A DNA stretch of 64,000 nt from a virus: IMG/VR virus record IMGVR_UViG_3300045747_000182, positions 116-64,115 of that record. One strand, written 5' to 3'. The notes below the pieces were generated by a model that was given only the letters and a program-made list of their open reading frames with translations, was not told the origin of the DNA and did not search any database. Positions 20,303-28,539 of this stretch are shown here, in pieces. Each line of letters starts with the position of its first letter. Within the stretch, counting starts at the first letter, position 1. A program made the position numbers and the translations under genes.

Positions 20303-20755
20303 ATGACCCAATCTAAAGGATTTGTTTCCCCTTTAAAGAACTTTCATAGTGACAACTTTGTTGCTTACTTTAAAGCACACTATTATCACTTTGCAGTACA
20401 AGGTACTACCTTCGCGCAAGACCATGGCTTGCTGAACGAAATCTATGACTTCCTTTGGGCTGCTCATGATGATATAGGCGAGCAACTTCGTCAACTAGAC
20501 GCCCTACCGTTTCCCTCTATGGCGGCAATGATTGATGCTGCATGCCTGTCTGAGGCTAAAGCGGGTAAGATGTCCTCAGCGGATATGTTTACAGACCTCA
20601 ACAAAGTTTTTGATGTATTAGCCGACTGCGCTCAGGGGCTGTATCAATCAACTGAAATGTATGGTGGACTGCAGACGTATCTTGGAGACTACCTTAAGGG
20701 TCTTTCCAAACTACATTGGAAAATCAAAGCAACTATTGGAAAGAGTATCGAATGA
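20303..20755 (+). CDS. Dps/ferritin-like protein
   Basis: KAHYYHF.V.G..F...H...EIY...HDDIGEQLRQL pattern. Confidence 0.8.
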   Translation: MTQSKGFVSPLKNFHSDNFVAYFKAHYYHFAVQGTTFAQDHGLLNEIYDFLWAAHDDIGEQLRQLDALPFPSMAAMIDAACLSEAKAGKMSSADMFTDLNKVFDVLADCAQGLYQSTEMYGGLQTYLGDYLKGLSKLHWKIKATIGKSIE

Positions 20756-21036
20756 AAAGCTATAACAGTGCAGCCCTTCGGGGTATCGAATATGATGACA
20801 TGGACTTTAAGAAAGACATGTATGAATCTTCAGGTATTACTATCCCTGACCATCTCTTGTACAAGCCTGAAATGAATGACTGGATGCTAAATGAAATGCA
20901 TGGTCGTAATGTTGCAGGTCTTCAGCGAACTGTCAACCCAACTACCAGCAAAAACTATACTGCTGAAGAAGCCTTAAACGAAGCTAACAAACTACGCTCA
21001 TTGGCTAAAAATAATATCAACTCATTGATGTCGTAA
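20752..21036 (+). CDS. Hypothetical protein
   Basis: ATGA-coupled to Dps-like gene; last + strand gene before terminator. Confidence 0.6.
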   Translation: MKSYNSAALRGIEYDDMDFKKDMYESSGITIPDHLLYKPEMNDWMLNEMHGRNVAGLQRTVNPTTSKNYTAEEALNEANKLRSLAKNNINSLMS

Positions 21037-21082
21037 AAAAAATAACCCCTACCGGAGTAATCCAGTAGGGGGTTTTTTATTT
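21035..21082. terminator. Bidirectional intrinsic terminator between convergent blocks
   Basis: A-tract, CCCCTACCGGA-gtaa-TCCAGTAGGGG stem, T-tract. Confidence 0.9.
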
Positions 21083-21083
21083 G

Positions 21084-24000
21084 CTAGTTCATGAAGTAAA
21101 CTAAGCCTCGACGAGCCATCTCCTTGATCTTCTCAAGGTAGTAATTCTTCTCTTTCTGTCCAAGCTTCTGCCACTCACTCAACTTACTCTTGCTTTTGTA
21201 TTCACCTTTATCATCTTTGTAAACAGAGTTCAAGCTGATTTGTTGGTAACTATGCACCAACTTAGCAGCCATCTTTCCGGATATCGTTAAACTATCTTCC
21301 TTAGAGTTAATATCAAAGGGTAAGCTTTCCATAGTCTTAACAATCATCAAGTCTTTTTCACTTGGTTTAGGACCATCTCCAGCTTTATACCTTTCGACAT
21401 TACCTTTAGAGTAACCATACATGAGCCTCCAGTTCATAAGCAAACCTTTGAACATACCTTTAGCTCCAATGTCTACCTCTTTTTCAACCGACAAATTGCG
21501 CAGACCATCATCGTACTGTTTAGTAAAGTCAGAGATAAGAGCATCCTGAACGTTCCACTCAAGTACCTTTGGTAAGACAATATTGTTAGCCACATGCATA
21601 AACGCAAGATAGCTGTCGGTATTAAGAATCAAGTTATCAAACACAGATGCCACAAACTTCATATCCTTAGGTGCTTTACCACCGTTGATATAATTAAGAG
21701 TTTCAGCAACAAGAACCGACTCACGGTATTGTCCAAGGATAGGGCCAATCTGATTACGTGCGGCACTTCCGGGCTCCGGCACATAATGAACATCATCAGG
21801 GCGCTTACCCGTTTTAGGATCTACGTCTTGATAACCCTGAATCATCTTCTCTTTGGCACGCCCCATAGAATCCACTTGAGAAACCGTTTTAGGTATTCGC
21901 GTGGTAGTACCGTCGGCATTAGAGATCTGCATGAAGTCGCCCGTAGGTTGGTTCATGAAGCTACCAATACCAAGAGTCTCACCCCAATAGCCTTTCGCTT
22001 GTGGTAATCGGTTAAGTGTTTGAAGGATAGACACCAAATGCTTAGGTAAAGCCATTTGATTCATGTCAACAACTGACTTGAGTGTTGCATGGAAGATATC
22101 GTTCAAACCTTCAACAAGTTTAGCTCGGCTATTGTCGTATAAAGGTAACAGCTTTTGAGTTAGCTCGGGATTCTTTTGAAGGAACTTAACTGCCTGATCA
22201 AAATTGTATTGAGCAGCTTTGCCGTAGTCAGTAGTCAGCAGTACACCCTTACCAAATTCGTCAGCCTTACTAAAGTCTTTTGCATCAATTGTCTTATTAA
22301 AAAAGTCTTGCCATGCTTCTTTCAGTCCAGGGATATTAGCAGGAACAGCTGTATGGATTGTTTTGTCAGCTGCTACCTTCATAAAGTAAAACCGTGGGTT
22401 ACCATCAGGCTGAGTAGACTCAAAACCACCCTCATGTGCAACAAACGGATCCCACAACATACCTGTCCGGCGAAGAACAACCTCGTTACCGATATCAGCA
22501 GCAAGGAAAGCCCGACCTGCAGAATTCATGTCGATATCTGTGGTTGCTTTAGGTGTAAAGGACAATCCCTTTTCTTTTGCATTCAGATAATCTGCTGCAT
22601 CGAGGTAAGCTTGCAAACGGAATCCCCAATTCTTCTTGGTAGACCCATTAACAAAGTTAGTAATTACCTGCTGTTGCTTTGGCGTCAGCTGAAACCCCTC
22701 AAGAGTTTTAGGGTTCAAACCCGCTGTGACAATACCGTTTTTATCTGTAGGAATAACTGATTTTAGCACTGCACCAATCTCTGCTGCTTTACCAATAAAT
22801 TCAGGACTAACCAAGCTAACCATGTCATGAATTTGTAATGACTCGGTACGCACACCACGCTCTGATCCAACATCAAGGTTCTTACCTAGCACTGCCAAGA
22901 AAGAGAACTCTTTTTGTTTATCAGTCAAATCAAAGTTCTTTTGATTGAACTGCGTTTGCATACCCTTCCAGATTTCTCCGGCTTCCATTTTGCTAATTGG
23001 ATTGGTGTGCCATTTAGGAGTGTTGCTGACATTCATTGCTACATTAACACCGCCAAGGGTAGCACGCAATGGTAGATTACCCTGCATATTTAAGTCTTCG
23101 GCGTCATTATAAGCGCGTTGAACAACATAGTCTGCCCAATGAGGTGCGTAACGAAGACCACCATGAAGAATGTTTTGAGAGTTGTAATTCAAAGTCTTCA
23201 TCAGGCCAGTTGCTTGTGCGCGAAATGCTGAAGTCTCAGTAGCACCGTCTGCTGAAAGACCCATCAGCTTAGATACATTGGGGATACCTTGGATAGGTAG
23301 AGGTAAGCGAGTACGGGCGTCTTTATTGGCTGTAAATGAGTTGCCGCCGCCCTCTATACTAGGTAAAGGTAAAGCTCCTGCAGCATCATGAATAGCATTA
23401 ATACCAAACAAGATACCATAAAATGCGCGTTCAGGTGAAGGTACATACCCCACAGACCCAAGAATACGCATAGTCTCAGTCATCACAGGTACTTCTGTCT
23501 TGTTAACACGGTTAGGTGCTCCGCGACGAGTATTGATTTGTGCTCCAACTGGATTACCAAAGTTAGTAACTGGCGTAGCTTGCGACCGACCACGACCGCC
23601 TTCAGTAAGGTCAGCTGCAAGGCCACGTGAAGAAGTAATAAACTCGCGGCCATTAATCGGGCTGAATTGGTACATTTCTTTACCGTCAACTATATCCCTT
23701 AGCATTGTACCTGACTCAACTGCAGCGTTAAGCAGAAGAGCACCGCCATAATTTGAGTTCATTGTAGACAGCGGTTTAAGAGCTTGTCCTGTTAATGGAT
23801 CTACAGCAGTACGCCTTGTAAGGTTTTGGAGGCCTTTACCGAATACACCAATAGCAGTGTCTCTATCAATCTTACCTACTTTGGCTTGTGGTTCTACAAT
23901 ACCTTCATCTTCAAACAAAGAACCAAATTCGTTGCTATTAAGGAAGTCCAATGAGTCAGCCGCCTCTTTATGTCCACTGGCAATATCCCCATCTTTAACT

Positions 24001-24698
24001 TCTTCAGCACCCATAAAAATTGGAGCGGTAATAGCCAATACTTTCGTGGCAAGGGCAGCTGCTGCCGGAGCACTCTTAAGGTGATAACCTTCCATAAGAG
24101 CTACAAGACCGTTCGAATGGGCGTTCATACCAATACCACCATCAATTTGGGATACTGTCATTGAATTCAGGGTATCGCCAATCCGACGAGCAGTCTTCAT
24201 GATAGTCGCTGACTCTTGAGTATCAGGTCTAGCCATAGAAAAAGCTTGCTGAAGCTCTTCTTCATTACGGAAACCCTCGGAACCCCGCAAAGCATTAAGC
24301 TTTTGCAGTCTCATAGTTTCTTCGTAGTGCGCTCTGGCTTGTTCAATGTTCAAAGGTAGACCGTCCGGCCCCATTGCTTCCAATTGGGGTTGCCCTTGAT
24401 TAGGGAAGGGTTCTTGAACAGCTTCTTCCGGCTGAGCTTGCTGTGCAAATTCATCGGTAAACTCAGGTACACTATAATTGTTTGCACTCCCTGTAGACTG
24501 TCTATTCTCGGGAAGATCACCCATAGCATTTGCACGAGTATAATCCAGCGCAGACTGGTCCATAATAAGACCTTGACCTGCCAGGTCTTGTCCAAAGTTC
24601 TTTTGGGTATTAGCTGACGGAGGTACCGGAGCAGGCTTAGGAATCTCAATAGGGGTTGTCTGGGAATTAAAGTTGCCAGAGCTTGAAAACTTACTCAT
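21084..24698 (-). CDS. Internal virion protein with N4 virion-RNAP-like single-subunit RNA polymerase domain
   Basis: Ordered motifs: DYVVQRAY..LNMQGN (R528), DIDMNSAG (D723), K817-x7-Y825G, SVFDN (D1021); last gene of the ejection-protein block. Confidence 0.8.
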   Translation of the reverse strand: MSKFSSSGNFNSQTTPIEIPKPAPVPPSANTQKNFGQDLAGQGLIMDQSALDYTRANAMGDLPENRQSTGSANNYSVPEFTDEFAQQAQPEEAVQEPFPNQGQPQLEAMGPDGLPLNIEQARAHYEETMRLQKLNALRGSEGFRNEEELQQAFSMARPDTQESATIMKTARRIGDTLNSMTVSQIDGGIGMNAHSNGLVALMEGYHLKSAPAAAALATKVLAITAPIFMGAEEVKDGDIASGHKEAADSLDFLNSNEFGSLFEDEGIVEPQAKVGKIDRDTAIGVFGKGLQNLTRRTAVDPLTGQALKPLSTMNSNYGGALLLNAAVESGTMLRDIVDGKEMYQFSPINGREFITSSRGLAADLTEGGRGRSQATPVTNFGNPVGAQINTRRGAPNRVNKTEVPVMTETMRILGSVGYVPSPERAFYGILFGINAIHDAAGALPLPSIEGGGNSFTANKDARTRLPLPIQGIPNVSKLMGLSADGATETSAFRAQATGLMKTLNYNSQNILHGGLRYAPHWADYVVQRAYNDAEDLNMQGNLPLRATLGGVNVAMNVSNTPKWHTNPISKMEAGEIWKGMQTQFNQKNFDLTDKQKEFSFLAVLGKNLDVGSERGVRTESLQIHDMVSLVSPEFIGKAAEIGAVLKSVIPTDKNGIVTAGLNPKTLEGFQLTPKQQQVITNFVNGSTKKNWGFRLQAYLDAADYLNAKEKGLSFTPKATTDIDMNSAGRAFLAADIGNEVVLRRTGMLWDPFVAHEGGFESTQPDGNPRFYFMKVAADKTIHTAVPANIPGLKEAWQDFFNKTIDAKDFSKADEFGKGVLLTTDYGKAAQYNFDQAVKFLQKNPELTQKLLPLYDNSRAKLVEGLNDIFHATLKSVVDMNQMALPKHLVSILQTLNRLPQAKGYWGETLGIGSFMNQPTGDFMQISNADGTTTRIPKTVSQVDSMGRAKEKMIQGYQDVDPKTGKRPDDVHYVPEPGSAARNQIGPILGQYRESVLVAETLNYINGGKAPKDMKFVASVFDNLILNTDSYLAFMHVANNIVLPKVLEWNVQDALISDFTKQYDDGLRNLSVEKEVDIGAKGMFKGLLMNWRLMYGYSKGNVERYKAGDGPKPSEKDLMIVKTMESLPFDINSKEDSLTISGKMAAKLVHSYQQISLNSVYKDDKGEYKSKSKLSEWQKLGQKEKNYYLEKIKEMARRGLVYFMN

Positions 24699-27600
24699 TT
24701 AATAATCTCCTAGTTCTTTCTGCAAATACTTTGCGAAAGCTGGTGTTGTTCCAAACACAGGCAATGTTCTTACTAAAGTCTGTGTCTTGTGTCCGGGTTT
24801 AGCGGATAGAGCATCATCTATTTTGTTTAGATATGCTAAAGCAGGGGCTTGATCAGCAACATTAGAGGCTATTGTTGCAGCAAATCCTTTTGCTTTTGTA
24901 GATTCGGGTACTGTTGGTGAGATAGCATCCCATACGCGTTGTCCTGATCCAAGGAATCCGGCCTGACCTATAAAGCGTTGAAACTTCTTGTCATCTTTAA
25001 GCCATTCAGGTGGGGATTCGCCGTACTTAATAAGGTCTTTCATATACAACGCAAAGAAGGTGAGAGCCATCATCATAGCAGCCGTAGCAGCAGCGTTAAC
25101 TTGATCTGCTGAACCTGACTTGCGAAGATCTTTTAGCAACAACGGCAACACATTTGCTGTGAACGCCGAAGTGTAACCCTGAAACTGAGTAAACAATTGC
25201 AGATAAGGATCGTTGTAAAACTTTGGCCGATTCATTTTTGTAGGATGAATAACAGCTTCAGTTGTAAAATTATGAGCGCCTGTAGTGAGTTGTTCCCGCA
25301 TGCGTTGTTCATAATCAGGATGTGATGGTTCTGCGTTAAGCATCCAATCAACATCCACACCAATACGTATCAGATGCTCTCTTGCATCTTGTGCCTTTTG
25401 TGTAGGAGGCCCATTAGGGCTATCCTTAAGGTCTTGCAGTATAGTGTTGTTCCAGTTGTTAATAGCATCAGCACCAATAGATAACTTAGCAAAGCGAGTA
25501 ATGTTAGTTACACTGGTTAGACCAGTCATCTTAAAGAAACCTTCAGTCCACTTACGAAATATTCCATTAATAACATCTTGCCTGTGACCCATATCACCTT
25601 CGGCAGAGAATCCATGAACAAACAAAGTGTTACGGTAATCTTTTACAAGTGGTGACTTCTCAGGATTCTTCCCAAGAGATTGTATTGCATTGGCCATTTC
25701 CGCACCAAAGCCTTTTAAGAGTGCTTTAGTTGCCTTCAAAGCTTGAGGCATTGTCAAATGACGATAGACCTGAGCGAACTCTACGGTACTAGAGATAGCA
25801 GCCAAAGGAAGACTACTAACCACAGAAAGGAAATTAACAGTATCAAGGGCACCTTTCACATAAGGGTTATTTACAGGGTGATACTCACCATTACGCATTG
25901 CAATCCAGTCTTGAAGCTCTTTGGCAAACATAGATCCACGCTCAGGGCTGATAGATCCCTCGTCAATTGCCCCTTTAACCAGAGCCGCCAGATGACTTCC
26001 ATTTTTACCTAAAAGGTTTTTATGAGTATAAATAGCTGCACCTTTAGCTGCCAAAGAACTGGCATTGGCAAGGGGGTCGTGATGCAGGAACTTATGGAAG
26101 GCTGTCTTGACTGCAGGGTCATTTAATGCTTGTTCAGTTCTATTTTTTAAATCAGCTAGAGGATCAGAAGCACCAAAGAAAGCTTCCATTGGGTCTGTAA
26201 TTGCATTGACATCTACGTTGTTAAGTATCTTGTTAACAACTTCGTCTGCTTCGTGCGGAGCTAGTTTCATGTGTTGCATCAAGAGCTTTTTGAATTCTCC
26301 TGTATTACGAGCAATAGCTTGTTTGTTAACGGGTTTACTTTCTAGGGCCTGTTGTAAAGATAGCTCTTGTCCGGTTACTCTGTTGTACTCCTTAACCAAT
26401 GCACCAAGCTTTTCAGTGTAAGCAATAATACCCTCACGGTACTTAACATTGTGAGCCCCGATGTCTGCATTAAGGTCATACCGAGTTACAGCATCACGAA
26501 CTCCTTTAACGTCAAGACCTTCACTAACACGATTCAGCTTAAGGATTGCTTCAGTGATTTTAGGATCAGACAAAAGCATACTGATTTCAGCAAGAGACTT
26601 TGTGCCAAATGCTACTTTAATTTCGTCAGGAGAACCAAACATATTACTCAGTTGCTGAGCCATATGTCGTTGTTGTTCCTCAATACTGCCACCATTGAAA
26701 GCACGAGAAGAACCTAGCAGTGATTGTAATGCTAAAAGGTTATTACCTTCTTTACCATCGGCTGTAAACATATTTGACCACTTATCCCAAAGGCTTTTCA
26801 CACCTTTGTTCTGCCACCAATTGCTGATAGCACTAGTTACTCCAGAAGTTTCACGCCGGAGGTTTTCTGCTTGAGCTAGATCCGCAAGGTTTGCTTCTTC
26901 ACTACCTTGTACAGCACGATCAATCTGCTCAGACGCATTAGGTACATATCCAAAAGTGTTAATCAAGCTTGCTTGCCGTTGGAGATCATTCATCTTAGGT
27001 GTTACATCAGCGCTAGTAGTTCCACGTAACAGCAAATGACCACCTGCACCGAATGCACCACCAAGACCAACACCACCTGCGGAAGCATTCAGCACGCGGT
27101 TCTTCAACGCAGACATATCTGTTTGATTGTCAGGCAAACTCAGAGAACCTTGTTCACCGAAGTATTGAGTAAGCTCTTGTAAGCCTTCTGTTCCACCTTC
27201 AGCCAAAGCGTCGCCAACAACAATAGAAGGAAGACGACCCAAAGATCTTTCTGCAGTCCATTTTACTTGTTTAGTTGCTTGCTCTGCATCTTTAAACGCT
27301 TGCAGCTTACTGAAGTCAGTGATATCTTTAATAGACTTCTTGGCACTATCCAGTAGTGCTTCTTCTGCAGCTGGTTTTGAATAACCCTTTTTAACTAGTT
27401 CTTCAATAACCTTATCACGAGTTTCTTTTTGAAAGAAGCTACCGTGAATATGTCCAATAGAGAAATTGTCAAGTGCGGCCTGAAGAATACCTGAGCCAAT
27501 AGCAAAGGTTGCATTTTTACTTTCTTGGTTTTGCCATGTCTGTCCGGCGTAAACAATTGCAGGTGCAGACAAAGAAGCACCCATGGTTAGAGGTGCTGCA

Positions 27601-28526
27601 GCAGTAGCCGCAATTGAGAGCATCATTTGAGGTGCAGAAGCAAAGGCATTACCAACAAGCCAATCAGATGTTTTGGAAAAAGAATCAAGAGTCCACTTAC
27701 CGTCTTCATTAAACGCATTGCCATTACGAAGATTAGGCAGGTCACTTAAGTCAGCTTCGTAAGCATTTGTCTTACGCTGAGCCATTGTCTGCAAGTAATC
27801 ACTACCAATGGAGTTGCCAAGTATATCTAAACTTGCCCAAGCACCCTGCTTCATGCTGGCCATGCCTTGTTCCCAACCAGTAGCTATGTTACTTCGAGCT
27901 TCACCCTTATAGTTTTCATCAGACTTTATCTGTGCTGGGGCAATATAGTAGGGGTTGTTACCTTGATGGTCAAGAGTAGCACCATAAGATTTTGCGTCAG
28001 GCGCATAAAGCTTTGCCATGAAAGTATCTTCATTGAAAATACTGTTCATTGCATTAAGATATTTATCTTCTTTTGTTGGTGCTTTAAACTGTTGTCGGTT
28101 TATAGCCTTATCAAAGTCTGCAAAATCTCTGCGGTTACTTGCATTAGGGTCAAACGTAGTTGTATCCGCAAGACGGTTTGCAGCAAGGTAGTCGCTGAGA
28201 CCTTCTCCGCGATCGTTAACCAAGTCGCCTACAACTCGATTGTACTTATCTTTTTTCTCTGTAAGAACAGGCTTATTAAAACCCTTTTCAGCTCTAATAC
28301 GCCGCACCATTTCCGTTTGAGCATCTGCTCCAGTATAGGAAGGTGAGAAGTCTCCGGCTACAGTACCAATCTTCTGAGTTTCACGAGTGTTAACCGATGG
28401 TAGCCGCAGGGACGTACTGTCTAGTAACTCAAACGTGTCGCCATCCTTGTTGTATGGTACTTGCTTAAGAGGAGGAACATAAGGGACTTCTCCCTGTTGC
28501 CTTAATGCATCATCAAATTGCCCCAT
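24699..28526 (-). CDS. Large internal virion (ejection) protein with N-terminal SNase-like domain
   Basis: 1275 aa; DGDT..LRLPSVNTRE..DKYNRV near N-terminus; Ala/Gly-rich hydrophobic stretches. Confidence 0.75.
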   Translation of the reverse strand: MGQFDDALRQQGEVPYVPPLKQVPYNKDGDTFELLDSTSLRLPSVNTRETQKIGTVAGDFSPSYTGADAQTEMVRRIRAEKGFNKPVLTEKKDKYNRVVGDLVNDRGEGLSDYLAANRLADTTTFDPNASNRRDFADFDKAINRQQFKAPTKEDKYLNAMNSIFNEDTFMAKLYAPDAKSYGATLDHQGNNPYYIAPAQIKSDENYKGEARSNIATGWEQGMASMKQGAWASLDILGNSIGSDYLQTMAQRKTNAYEADLSDLPNLRNGNAFNEDGKWTLDSFSKTSDWLVGNAFASAPQMMLSIAATAAAPLTMGASLSAPAIVYAGQTWQNQESKNATFAIGSGILQAALDNFSIGHIHGSFFQKETRDKVIEELVKKGYSKPAAEEALLDSAKKSIKDITDFSKLQAFKDAEQATKQVKWTAERSLGRLPSIVVGDALAEGGTEGLQELTQYFGEQGSLSLPDNQTDMSALKNRVLNASAGGVGLGGAFGAGGHLLLRGTTSADVTPKMNDLQRQASLINTFGYVPNASEQIDRAVQGSEEANLADLAQAENLRRETSGVTSAISNWWQNKGVKSLWDKWSNMFTADGKEGNNLLALQSLLGSSRAFNGGSIEEQQRHMAQQLSNMFGSPDEIKVAFGTKSLAEISMLLSDPKITEAILKLNRVSEGLDVKGVRDAVTRYDLNADIGAHNVKYREGIIAYTEKLGALVKEYNRVTGQELSLQQALESKPVNKQAIARNTGEFKKLLMQHMKLAPHEADEVVNKILNNVDVNAITDPMEAFFGASDPLADLKNRTEQALNDPAVKTAFHKFLHHDPLANASSLAAKGAAIYTHKNLLGKNGSHLAALVKGAIDEGSISPERGSMFAKELQDWIAMRNGEYHPVNNPYVKGALDTVNFLSVVSSLPLAAISSTVEFAQVYRHLTMPQALKATKALLKGFGAEMANAIQSLGKNPEKSPLVKDYRNTLFVHGFSAEGDMGHRQDVINGIFRKWTEGFFKMTGLTSVTNITRFAKLSIGADAINNWNNTILQDLKDSPNGPPTQKAQDAREHLIRIGVDVDWMLNAEPSHPDYEQRMREQLTTGAHNFTTEAVIHPTKMNRPKFYNDPYLQLFTQFQGYTSAFTANVLPLLLKDLRKSGSADQVNAAATAAMMMALTFFALYMKDLIKYGESPPEWLKDDKKFQRFIGQAGFLGSGQRVWDAISPTVPESTKAKGFAATIASNVADQAPALAYLNKIDDALSAKPGHKTQTLVRTLPVFGTTPAFAKYLQKELGDY

Positions 28527-28539
28527 ATATTCCTTTCAG

